A stretch of DNA of 64,000 nt from Cyanobacteria bacterium auto_48_18. GTDB lineage: Bacteria > Cyanobacteriota > Vampirovibrionia > Obscuribacterales > Obscuribacteraceae. The notes beneath the pieces are model-generated. The model did not search any database, was not told where the DNA came from, and saw nothing but the letters and a program-made list of their open reading frames with translations. Shown one piece after another: positions 30,251 through 39,701 of this stretch. The stretch's first letter is position 1; each line of letters opens with the position of its first letter. Where the stretch lies: positions 64,001 through 128,000 of the forward strand of contig JAVHQC010000026.1 of assembly GCA_036170915.1 (NCBI GenBank), in the 5' to 3' direction. The position numbers and the translations under genes were made by a program.

Positions 30251-31792
30251 ATGAAGCTCTGTCTTCAGTGTAACACTCACTTCCAAGGTGACTTTGAGCA
30301 ATGTCCTGACGACGGTGCCAAACTCATTGCAGTGCCTGATGATCCGGTCATCGGTAAGGTTTTGGGAGAGAAATATCGCATTCTTTGCCCTGTGGGCAAA
30401 GGCTCAATGGGTGTTGTTTACAAGGCCATACAAGAGTCTACAGGCCGTGAAATGGCAGTCAAGTTGCTGCACCATTTTCTTGGCACAAATTCTGATTCGG
30501 TGAAGAGATTCCACCGCGAAGCCAAGGCAGTCAGTCGGCTCAGTCATCCTAATATCATTCGGCTTTATGATTTCGGTGTCATGGATGAAGGGCAACCTTA
30601 TATCGTCACTGAGCTACTTAATGGTGTCACCCTGTCTGACATTTTACGTAAACGAGGTTTTGTCAATCTCAATCAGGCCCTGCCTTTATTTGAACAAGTT
30701 TGTGCTGCCATCGGTGAAGCGCATCGCAGCCGAGTAATTCACCGAGATCTCAAACCTGAAAACATCGTCATGGAAGAAGTTGATATCAACGGCAATTTAG
30801 ATGCTCCTGATCTAATCAAGAAAAATGCCATCCGCGTGCTCGACTTTGGTGTGGCGAAAATGTGGACCGAATCTGGTGCCACTTCTGCTTCACTGACAAT
30901 CGAAGGCAAAGTCTGTGGTTCTCCAGCTTATATGAGCCCTGAGCAATGTCGTGGCGTAGACGTCGACTATCGTACCGATATCTATTCTATGGGCGTTGTC
31001 TTTTTTGAGACGCTTACGGGTAAAAGACCATTTGCAGCGGATGATTTAATGGCTTTGATGTTGATGCACGTCAATAATCAAGCACCATCTATGGGGTCAG
31101 TCAACGAGAAAGTGACTTTTCCTAAAGAGATCAATGACGTAATTATGAAGGCCATGGCCAAGAACCCTAACGAGCGGCAGCAAAGCGCCGAAGAACTTTG
31201 GGAAGACATTCAAGCGGCGTGCAATGGTCGGCAGAAAACAGTCACTGTGGCTCCACCAGAGAACTGGATTCCGTTTCAAGGTAAAGGTGGCCTGGTATTT
31301 CGCACCACTGAAGACGGCACAGCTTCACTGGAGACATCGGACAGCTATTCAACCTTGAGCAATCCGAATGCCATTCTTGATTGGATTCCACCGGTACCTT
31401 CTACCGACAACACTAAAAACCGTAAGGGCAGCAATAAGACCATGATGGTGGTACGCGCCCTCTTTCTTGGTGTGCTGGTAGTAGCTGGTTTCTATCAATT
31501 TAGTGTTTACCTCAAGGCCAATGACGAAGCTAAGAATGCTTCGATCTTGATCAGTCGTGGCAAGTGCGAAGAAGGCGTAATTGTGCTTGAGCGCTTGCAA
31601 AGAGAGAATAAACTACAACCTGAATATAACGAAACTCTGGCTGACGCTTATGTTCAGATGGCGATGCAATATGCAAAAATTGGCAACTACAACCGTTCAG
31701 TAGACTTGCTTAAGAAAGTACCAGCAAAGGCCAAGGCTGCCACGCAGGCCCAGCAATTACTGAGGCGCTATTCGCCCCGCATACGCAGTTAA
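30251..31792 (+). CDS. membrane Ser/Thr protein kinase with TPR-like C-terminus
   Basis: CLQC..CPDD; GKGSMG, AVK, HRDLKPEN, DFG, GSPAYMSPEQ; TM ALFLGVLVVAGFY. Confidence 0.95.
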   Translation: MKLCLQCNTHFQGDFEQCPDDGAKLIAVPDDPVIGKVLGEKYRILCPVGKGSMGVVYKAIQESTGREMAVKLLHHFLGTNSDSVKRFHREAKAVSRLSHPNIIRLYDFGVMDEGQPYIVTELLNGVTLSDILRKRGFVNLNQALPLFEQVCAAIGEAHRSRVIHRDLKPENIVMEEVDINGNLDAPDLIKKNAIRVLDFGVAKMWTESGATSASLTIEGKVCGSPAYMSPEQCRGVDVDYRTDIYSMGVVFFETLTGKRPFAADDLMALMLMHVNNQAPSMGSVNEKVTFPKEINDVIMKAMAKNPNERQQSAEELWEDIQAACNGRQKTVTVAPPENWIPFQGKGGLVFRTTEDGTASLETSDSYSTLSNPNAILDWIPPVPSTDNTKNRKGSNKTMMVVRALFLGVLVVAGFYQFSVYLKANDEAKNASILISRGKCEEGVIVLERLQRENKLQPEYNETLADAYVQMAMQYAKIGNYNRSVDLLKKVPAKAKAATQAQQLLRRYSPRIRS

Positions 31793-33228
31793 TCTAATTG
31801 ATTTTGCAGCGCTAATATTGTTTCTTTGACCGCTGCCGCCGACACTGGTCGCTCTTCTTCGTTTTGTGCCGTCAGCTTTTGCACCAGTTGGTCAAGACCG
31901 GTTGACAGTGATGCCGTCATCTGTTTTGGTGATGACTGCGAAAGTGGTTCAGGATCACGACCAGTGAGCAGATAAAATATGGTAGCGCCAAAACCATAGA
32001 GGTCACTGGCCGTGGTGGCATGGCCACGAAACTGCTCAGGTGAAATGTAACTTTGCTTGCCTACCAAAGTACCTGTGGCGGTGCCAATTAGTTCGTTGGC
32101 CGCGCCAAAATCGATTAGCTTGATTTTGCCCGCTGCAGTTATAACAATATTATCTGGGGTTACGTCGCGGTGCACCACGGGCGGTTCTTGGCTGTGCAAA
32201 TAGTGAAAAATCGTAGCCAGTTGAAGGCAATATTCCAGTACGTCAAGTTCGTGACTGGGCCCTTCCAGTTTAACTTTCTGCCGCAAATTCTGGCCACTGA
32301 TGTAGTCGAGCAAAAGATAATGGCGGCCGTCTTCAATAAAATGATCGTGCACTTTGACTATGCCCTGATGGTCTAATTTAAGCAGCAGTGCCGCTTCTCT
32401 GCTAAACATTTCCTGGGCCTTCATTTTTAGAGCCTGATTAGCTCCTGGTGGAATCACTGATTCTTTTAAGACGCGCAAACTGGTGTTCGATTCTTGCACA
32501 AGATAAATGGCAGACCAGCCACCAAATGCCAATTGACGGATTACTTTGAGCTTGTTGTCTTGTAGCCTTTGACCCGGGCTGAGGGGCATGTAAGCGGTGG
32601 CACTGTAGCGATTAGATAATTCGTCTTCCCACATTTGTGTATAACTAAGTAGATTGCTGCCTGGCTCAGAGGCGCTATTCCACAATACTTCTTTTAATTG
32701 CTCGATGCGAGTGTCGATGGAGCCAGCCGGAAGCCAATTAGAGGCGCTTACAAGCAAATATTCAATATCGCTCGCCACCAGACTTTTTAAACTTAGAGTA
32801 ACGGTGCCTTTATCTGTGGCCAGGTGCAAATTTAGTGAAGCGGGATTACTGAGATCTTCTCCCTCGATGGTGACCCTGCTTATCTGTCGCCAGGGTACAA
32901 ATCGTTCAAAGCGATTGGAAAGACTGTTTAAGGCCGGCACCATTAGCCCTTCTTCGCTAATGACAAGATTGCTGTCTTCAAATAGACCAGTTAGCGTTGC
33001 GCCGATCATAAAGATCATGGCCAGATAAAATGATAGAGCCGCTGCACCGGTCAATGATTCTCTTCCACCGCTGAAAGCTGTGGTCAGAACCATAACTATT
33101 ACTAAGAGAGCTAAGATGATAGGGGCGAGAAAACCCCACAGCGGCATGCTCATGTTGCAGAGCCACAAGCATATTTTTGCTACGACTGAGTCATAAATGA
33201 TAACTTTTTCTTGCCCCTGGCCAGCCAT
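31789..33228 (-). CDS. membrane Ser/Thr kinase, type B (N-terminal TMs, C-terminal kinase)
   Basis: LAFGGWSAIY, VLKE, HRDVTPDN, DFG, YISPEQ. Confidence 0.9.
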   Translation of the reverse strand: MAGQGQEKVIIYDSVVAKICLWLCNMSMPLWGFLAPIILALLVIVMVLTTAFSGGRESLTGAAALSFYLAMIFMIGATLTGLFEDSNLVISEEGLMVPALNSLSNRFERFVPWRQISRVTIEGEDLSNPASLNLHLATDKGTVTLSLKSLVASDIEYLLVSASNWLPAGSIDTRIEQLKEVLWNSASEPGSNLLSYTQMWEDELSNRYSATAYMPLSPGQRLQDNKLKVIRQLAFGGWSAIYLVQESNTSLRVLKESVIPPGANQALKMKAQEMFSREAALLLKLDHQGIVKVHDHFIEDGRHYLLLDYISGQNLRQKVKLEGPSHELDVLEYCLQLATIFHYLHSQEPPVVHRDVTPDNIVITAAGKIKLIDFGAANELIGTATGTLVGKQSYISPEQFRGHATTASDLYGFGATIFYLLTGRDPEPLSQSSPKQMTASLSTGLDQLVQKLTAQNEEERPVSAAAVKETILALQNQLD

Positions 33229-35261
33229 CAGTTGGCTCCCTCCGTGCGGCTCAAATAATTTCGCATTTCGCTAATGGTGGCAAAACGTTGATTGAGTTCC
33301 GGCTCTGTGGTCGTGGCAATAAATTGATCAAAAGCTGAGCTTACAGAGGGAATAACTTTTTGCGGATGTGAGCATCTCAGCGCCTCTGGTTCAGTGGCTG
33401 TGAGCATAAAATGCAGAGTCGCTCCCATGGCATAAAAGTCGCTCTGGGGGCAGGGATGACCGCGAAACTGTTCTGGTGGCAAGTAGTTCTGTTTACCGAC
33501 TATGGTGGCCTGAGCTTTGGTATTCTCGGCAGATTCTAGAGCTACATCGAAGTCTAGAAGTTTTATCTGGCCGTGTTCGTTTAGTAAAAGATTGTCTGGG
33601 GTGAAATCTCTATGCACCACAGCTGGTGTGCGCTCATGCAAATAGCTCAAAATGTCGAGCATTTGACCGGCGTGGGCCTTGACCTCTTGCTCGCTAATCG
33701 CGCCCTGGGCCAACACCTTTTCTCTCAATGTTTGACCTTCTATATATTCGAGCATGAGAAATGCTCGGTGGCCTTCGATAAAGTAATCGTGTAGTTTGAC
33801 AATCTGCGGATGATCTAGACTTTTGAGCAGTCTGGCATCGCGCTCAAAACGTTCTGTAATGCGCTTTCTAGCGCTATCAATAAAGATGGGCAGAATGATT
33901 TCCTTTAAAACGACTGTGCTTAACTGCAAGCTTCCGTCGCTGGCTGTTAGTTGTCCTTGAGCTAGATAAGTTACTCCCTGACCGCCGCTGCCTAACTGCT
34001 TGTCTATCACCAGCTGATGATGCGCAAGTTTGTCACCAGCTTGAAGAGGCGTGAGCTGATTTAATTGTGGCGCTGCCTCCAGAGAGGATAACCAGAGTTC
34101 TGTATAAGTGATTTCACTTGCCGGAGTAAATAGTTCAAGCACTGCAGGATCAATCACAGCTCCACTACCCCACGCTTTTAAGGCTTCGAGAAATTGTGCT
34201 CTTTTGCCTTCGTTAAAGGCTTGCAATGGAATGATAATTGGCAACCTGTCGGATTTGGAATTGACTTCAATAAAGCCTCCCTTTGAGGCTTCCTTTCCGT
34301 GAGCAAAGAGATTGATAGAGCTAATATCACTCCAGCTGATGCTGTCTTGCGCTACCGGGCCGGTAGGCACGTGCAATTGGGGAGTGATACCAGCTTTGCT
34401 AATTACCACACTATCTGGCTGCATCCATTTTTTGATCAAATAAAACAAACTTAGAATTACTGTCAGCACGAAACCAAAAAAGCCAATGGCTGGATCTAAT
34501 TTGCTGAAAAATTCGCCAAGCAACCAGAATGTGCCCGTATATATAGCTCCCAGACCGTGCAGTGCAAGTGACAATGTGGGAATTTTTTCCCCGATCATAA
34601 AACCGAGGGCGATCAGGCCAAAACCTGTCCAAAAGATAGTCCAGGCCCTGAAAAAGCCCACATCAAAAATGACATCATACTTTGACATGTACGATAAAAC
34701 TTTGGTCAACCGATAGTCGTTAACCATTACTAGTGTCAGTTGCCTTTCGTCCACGGGCACAATTTGAGCAGCACCAATTGCTTCCATCTCAGCTTTAGTC
34801 AACAGCGCCGTTCTTACAGCCTGGCTAATTTTTGCGTTTTTCAATTTCTGGGCAAAAAGAGACCAGAGCATTTCGGCACTTTCTGACGAAAGGCCGAGCA
34901 GTGAAAGTTTATAGATCTGATCGCTACCAACTGTTTTGAGACACAGTTTTTGCTTATTCAGTGTCAGTGACTCGATATCGCTATATTTGCAAATGGGCCG
35001 GAAGATACCAGGCAATTTGAGTTTTTCTTTCTCAAAAATTATTTGATTACATCGCAATTGCAGCAAACCATAGAGGCATGAGGCGGCAATTGAGAGAGCC
35101 AAAAGCGTAAATTCAGGCGAGGTGGTAAAGCACAAACCAGGCAACATGATTAACCAGATAGGCATAGACAAGAGCAGCAGTCGCTGCTGAAACTGCTCCA
35201 TGCTGCCGTTTAATTCAATTTTAGTTGCCCTGTATTTATTCATCTTAGTTGCCACTGCCAA
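33228..35261 (-). CDS. membrane Ser/Thr kinase-like protein, type A
   Basis: Two TM hairpins; GSGGQG, VLKE, HRDFTPDN, DFD, YLPPEQ. Confidence 0.88.
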   Translation of the reverse strand: MAVATKMNKYRATKIELNGSMEQFQQRLLLLSMPIWLIMLPGLCFTTSPEFTLLALSIAASCLYGLLQLRCNQIIFEKEKLKLPGIFRPICKYSDIESLTLNKQKLCLKTVGSDQIYKLSLLGLSSESAEMLWSLFAQKLKNAKISQAVRTALLTKAEMEAIGAAQIVPVDERQLTLVMVNDYRLTKVLSYMSKYDVIFDVGFFRAWTIFWTGFGLIALGFMIGEKIPTLSLALHGLGAIYTGTFWLLGEFFSKLDPAIGFFGFVLTVILSLFYLIKKWMQPDSVVISKAGITPQLHVPTGPVAQDSISWSDISSINLFAHGKEASKGGFIEVNSKSDRLPIIIPLQAFNEGKRAQFLEALKAWGSGAVIDPAVLELFTPASEITYTELWLSSLEAAPQLNQLTPLQAGDKLAHHQLVIDKQLGSGGQGVTYLAQGQLTASDGSLQLSTVVLKEIILPIFIDSARKRITERFERDARLLKSLDHPQIVKLHDYFIEGHRAFLMLEYIEGQTLREKVLAQGAISEQEVKAHAGQMLDILSYLHERTPAVVHRDFTPDNLLLNEHGQIKLLDFDVALESAENTKAQATIVGKQNYLPPEQFRGHPCPQSDFYAMGATLHFMLTATEPEALRCSHPQKVIPSVSSAFDQFIATTTEPELNQRFATISEMRNYLSRTEGAN

Positions 35262-36685
35262 CCTTGCCTGATTGCAACTATTTGCTCTTTTACGGTTTTA
35301 GCAGACTCGGGTCTTTTGCTCTGGTCTTGATCAGTAAGTTGTTGCACCAGCTCATTGAGCATTTCGTTGACAATTACGAAATCTTTTGGCGAAGAGGGGC
35401 TGAGCGCCTCTGGCTCACGGCCAGACAGCATAAAATGAATAGTGGCGCCAAGGGCATAGAGGTCACTAGATGTGGTGGCGTGGCCGCGGAACTGCTCTGG
35501 GGCAATGTACCCTTGCTTACCTATTAATGTGCCCGTGGCGGTGCCGACAACTTCGTTAGCTGCGCCAAAGTCAATTAGCATTACTTTATCGACGTTTACC
35601 ACAATATTGTCGGGAGTTAAATCGCGGTGCACCATAGGTGGTTCAAGCCGGTGCAGGTAAACTAGAATGTCTGCCATTTGCTCAGCGTAGTCTAATACAT
35701 CGAGCTGATGCAGAGGCCCCTGCAGTCTCACCATCTGGCGTAGATTCTGACCGCTGACGTAATCAAGCAATAAATATTGTCGATTGTCTTGCTTAAAGTG
35801 TTCGTAGACGCGCACAATTTTAGGGTGATCAAGTTTCATCAATAAATGTGCTTCGCGAGCAAACATGGCTTCAGCTTTGAGTTTTAGTTCACTGTTAGCT
35901 AGTGGTGGTAAAACACATTCTTTCAAAACCTTCAGTTTCGTGTTCGACTCTTGCACCAAATAAATTGCTGACCAACCGCCAAAAGCAAGTTGCTTTATTA
36001 CTTTGATGTTGCCATCCAACAGCTTCTGATGCGGACTTAGAGGAATGTAGGCAGTGGCGGAAAAGCGGTCGTTTAATTCGTCTTCCCACATTTTTGTAAA
36101 GCTTAAAGATTCAGCCGGTTCGAGATTGTCGCTATTCCATAAAGATTCCTTTAGCTCCTGCAGACGCAGGTCTTGAGCTTGAGACGGCAGCCAGTTGCTT
36201 ATACTGACGAGCAAATATTCCACGTCATTGCTAGTCATGCCACCAAGACCAAGAGAGATTTTGCCTTGCTCAAGTAGCATTGTTAGCTTTAGCGAGTCTA
36301 TATGGTCAATTTCTCCGGCGAGAGTAATACTTTTAATTTCACGCCACTCTATAAAGCGGTGTAGTCTGTTACTCAGGCTGGTTAGAACAGGCACGGTTAA
36401 ACCATCTTCGCTCACAAGTATTTGATTATCTTTGAGGGAGCCGCTAAGTATGGTGCCCAAGACGAAAAGAATAGTAAGGTAAAAACTAATACTTATTGAT
36501 GTTAGTAACGATGACGGTTGAAATCCGTTCGCAGGGGAGAACAACACCAATGTGGCCCCGACCAATGCAGCCATCACTGCCAGTGCCGGAGCAAGTAGAC
36601 CCCATAGAGGCATGGTTAAGTTACAAAGCAATGTTCCAAGTCTGGCAGGCATCGACTGGTAGAAAATTGTTTTCTCTTGACTCAT
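35240..36685 (-). CDS. membrane Ser/Thr kinase, type B (paralog of 31789..33228)
   Basis: LAFGGWSAIYLVQESNT identical to the paralog; HRDLTPDN, DFG, YIAPEQ. Confidence 0.9.
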   Translation of the reverse strand: MSQEKTIFYQSMPARLGTLLCNLTMPLWGLLAPALAVMAALVGATLVLFSPANGFQPSSLLTSISISFYLTILFVLGTILSGSLKDNQILVSEDGLTVPVLTSLSNRLHRFIEWREIKSITLAGEIDHIDSLKLTMLLEQGKISLGLGGMTSNDVEYLLVSISNWLPSQAQDLRLQELKESLWNSDNLEPAESLSFTKMWEDELNDRFSATAYIPLSPHQKLLDGNIKVIKQLAFGGWSAIYLVQESNTKLKVLKECVLPPLANSELKLKAEAMFAREAHLLMKLDHPKIVRVYEHFKQDNRQYLLLDYVSGQNLRQMVRLQGPLHQLDVLDYAEQMADILVYLHRLEPPMVHRDLTPDNIVVNVDKVMLIDFGAANEVVGTATGTLIGKQGYIAPEQFRGHATTSSDLYALGATIHFMLSGREPEALSPSSPKDFVIVNEMLNELVQQLTDQDQSKRPESAKTVKEQIVAIRQGWQWQLR

Positions 36686-38721
36686 AATGCGTTACTTTCC
36701 GCAAGTTTTTCTGTAATGATCTTGATTTGTTGCAGCAGTTCTTCTGCACTGCCGAGTCTTGCGGCTAGCTCAGGCTCAGTGCAGCGCGCCACCAGTGCAT
36801 TGAGATTGTCTGAGACTGCAATCAGGTTTTGCGGACGGCTTACCGTGAGTGGCTCGGGTTCACAACCCGTCAGCAGATAGTACGCTGTAGCACCCAGAGC
36901 ATAAATGTCGCTTTGTGGGCATGGGTGACCTTGAAACTGCTCAGGGGGAAGGTAATTTTGCTTGCCTGCAAATGTACCTCTTGCCGTTGTTTCTTGATCA
37001 ATGTTAGTGGCGACATCAAAGTCTAAAAGCTTGATCGTGCCGGCATCGTTTATGACAATATTGTCTGCCGTAAAATCGCGATGCACTACAGGTGGTGTAC
37101 GGCTGTGCAGGTACACCAGAATCGATGCCATTTGCTCAATCAAGCCAATGACCGTATCTTCCGTTAGAGGGCCTTCAGTCAGTACTTTTTCTTTCAAGGT
37201 GGTGCCTTGAATATATTCGAGCATAAGGAAGGCTCGCTGACCTTCAATAAAATAGTGATGGAGTTTAACCACTTGAGGATGCTCGAGACTCTGTAGTAAT
37301 TTCGCATCATGCTCAAAGCGTGCGGTTATGCGTCTTTTAAGCGGTTCGTTGTAGAACGGTAAAATGAATTCTTTGAGCACTATTTTATCTTCAAATTCGG
37401 GGCAATTGGCAACATAAGTAACTGCCTGGCCTCCGGCAGCCAGCTGCGAAGCGATAACAAGGTCATGGTGGGCAAGCTTACTTCCGTTTTGAAGAGGGCT
37501 GACTGCCTGCAGTTCTGGTCTTGACTGCAGCGACGAAAGCCATAACTCGGTGTACGAAGTATCTGCCCTGTTCATCAAGGCTAGAATTTTGGCATCAACT
37601 TCAACTCTTTGCCCCCAGGCATTAACGGCTTCAAGAAAGAGCTGGCGGTTGCGGCTTGCTGTCAAAGTTCGCACTGGTATCTGTATTGGTGGACGATCGA
37701 TGTTCGGAGTTACTTCGATAAAGCCGCCTGTGCCACTGCTTCGCTGACCGAATAATTTGATTGAGGCAATAGATTGCCAACCCAGATGTTCTTTGGGAAC
37801 GGAGCCAGTGGGAGTACTTAGCAGGGCCGTAAAGCCTAAGTGATCGATAAAAAGGCAATCTGGTTTTGTAAACCGCTCTATTAAGCTATACAAGCTCCAC
37901 ACAATAAGGCAAAGCATACCAACTACCCCAGTCAGCGAGAGGAGCAAAAGAAACTCTGCACTGAAGTAGTGGCTGAGCACCTTGTTAAAAGTTTCGAATA
38001 AGTCTGAAAGGCTGTATAGCAAGTGATTAAGCACAGCTCTCCGAGTCGTAAAAGTGAAGGCAGCGGCTAAGCAGAGTATGAGCCAGAGTCTGCCCATTGA
38101 CCGATCAAATCCTCTAAAAGCAACCATGAGATAAGACAAGGCTTGCGAATACATGCTGTGAGCTTTTAAACTGAGTGTCAGCTGTAAATTGTTGTCGCTT
38201 TGATTTTGCGCTGCGAGTTCAGAGCTTATTGCTATCCCTTTTTGCGGTTCGACCTCACCAATCCAATTTTTAAGGCGTTCTCTAACTTCAGGGGCAATGT
38301 GCGCATTTTTAAATCTGGTGGCAAAAATAGTCCAGAGCTTAGCTGCGTCTTCCCGTGATAAACCACCGAGAGTAATCTTTCTCAGGGCTTTGGCGCCGGC
38401 ACTGAAGCGGAGTGCGTTATGTGCATCAAGCTCAATCTCTGTAATCTCGCTATAGAGATAAGTCGGTCTGAAAGTGCCTGGCAATCTCACGCAGTCGTGC
38501 TCAAAGATTATTTGATGAGTGTTTAATATCCTGTAGGCCACATAAAAGCACAGACAACCAATTAAATGTGCAATGGTGAAACCAAGAGAAGAAAAAAGCA
38601 AAAAAGATGCAAGCAACCAGAGCGGCGCAGAAAGTACGAGAAAGTTCGACACAAATTTCTCACCACTGTCGGTGAGATCTATTCTGCATTCAGGCAGTCG
38701 ATTTTTCTTTGACGTAGGCAC
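36682..38721 (-). CDS. membrane Ser/Thr kinase-like protein, type A (paralog of 33228..35261)
   Basis: AAGGQA, VLKE, HRDFTADN, DFD, GKQNYLPPEQF shared with the paralog. Confidence 0.88.
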   Translation of the reverse strand: MPTSKKNRLPECRIDLTDSGEKFVSNFLVLSAPLWLLASFLLFSSLGFTIAHLIGCLCFYVAYRILNTHQIIFEHDCVRLPGTFRPTYLYSEITEIELDAHNALRFSAGAKALRKITLGGLSREDAAKLWTIFATRFKNAHIAPEVRERLKNWIGEVEPQKGIAISSELAAQNQSDNNLQLTLSLKAHSMYSQALSYLMVAFRGFDRSMGRLWLILCLAAAFTFTTRRAVLNHLLYSLSDLFETFNKVLSHYFSAEFLLLLSLTGVVGMLCLIVWSLYSLIERFTKPDCLFIDHLGFTALLSTPTGSVPKEHLGWQSIASIKLFGQRSSGTGGFIEVTPNIDRPPIQIPVRTLTASRNRQLFLEAVNAWGQRVEVDAKILALMNRADTSYTELWLSSLQSRPELQAVSPLQNGSKLAHHDLVIASQLAAGGQAVTYVANCPEFEDKIVLKEFILPFYNEPLKRRITARFEHDAKLLQSLEHPQVVKLHHYFIEGQRAFLMLEYIQGTTLKEKVLTEGPLTEDTVIGLIEQMASILVYLHSRTPPVVHRDFTADNIVINDAGTIKLLDFDVATNIDQETTARGTFAGKQNYLPPEQFQGHPCPQSDIYALGATAYYLLTGCEPEPLTVSRPQNLIAVSDNLNALVARCTEPELAARLGSAEELLQQIKIITEKLAESNAL

Positions 38722-38766
38722 ACACAGTTGAGGAGCTCTTAAAGGTAATGCCCGCAGGAGATTTAT

Positions 38767-39645
38767 TCAAAACTGGCCCTGGTCGGGCAGGCTAAAGAGT
38801 TTTCGAGCATTCTGGCTCACTTGAGCAGCAAGCGTTTCTAGCGTGGACTGCCGCAAACCGGCAAGCTTCTCTGCGGTAAACCACACATAGGTGGGTTCGT
38901 TGCGCTCGCCGCGTACTTTTTGTGGCGAAAGAAATGGGCAATCGGTCTCCACCAACATGCGATCTTCTGGCACCAGTACAGCAGCTTCCTGAATGTTTGT
39001 GGCTTTATTGTAAGTAAGAATGCCTGAAAATGAGACATAAAAATCTAGAGCGCTAATGGCTGGCAAATGCTCAGGGCCTCCAGTAAAGCAGTGAAAAACT
39101 CCTCGCACTTTCCCCTGGCCGGCGGATGTGAGCAGTTCAAAAGTATCTTCCCAGGCGTCGCGACAATGGACAATTACTGGTTTGTCTAAAGCAACGGCAA
39201 TTTCAATTTGCTCTCGAAATGCGGTCAGCTGCTCATCTCGTGAGCTATTGTTGTAAAAATAGTCAAGGCCGCATTCACCCACTGCGACCATTTTAGGATG
39301 CTTCAGCGCCTCTAAGACTTTCTTTTTGTGATCGTCGCACCAGAAGCGAGCTTCATGGGGATGCTGACCGGCGGCACCATAAACATTTGCTCGGCGCTCG
39401 ATTAATTCGAGCAACTCATCAAGCCCTTCTACAGCCACAGCGGGATTGATCAAGGTGCGAACGTCCATGGCCGAGGCCCTGTCTAAAATTTGTTCGCGCT
39501 CTTCTTGGAAATATTCTTTGACCACATGGGCGTGGCTGTCGATAATGCCACCGGCGCAGCGAGGTATATTTACTGGTTCTCTGGTTTTAGCTTGTTTTGT
39601 CATTTGCCATATAATTGCGGTAATTGCGAATTGCCTTTTGAGCAA
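38767..39645 (-). CDS. tatD: TatD-family DNase (likely start ATG 39603)
   Basis: IDSHAH, VGECGLDY, IVHCRDA, GVFHCF, ETDCPFL, RNEP. Confidence 0.95.
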   Translation of the reverse strand: MLKRQFAITAIIWQMTKQAKTREPVNIPRCAGGIIDSHAHVVKEYFQEEREQILDRASAMDVRTLINPAVAVEGLDELLELIERRANVYGAAGQHPHEARFWCDDHKKKVLEALKHPKMVAVGECGLDYFYNNSSRDEQLTAFREQIEIAVALDKPVIVHCRDAWEDTFELLTSAGQGKVRGVFHCFTGGPEHLPAISALDFYVSFSGILTYNKATNIQEAAVLVPEDRMLVETDCPFLSPQKVRGERNEPTYVWFTAEKLAGLRQSTLETLAAQVSQNARKLFSLPDQGQF

Positions 39646-39701
39646 TATAGAGTAGAGTAAGTTTTAGGAAGATCGACAATTCCTAATTTTCGAGCTAAAT
39701 C

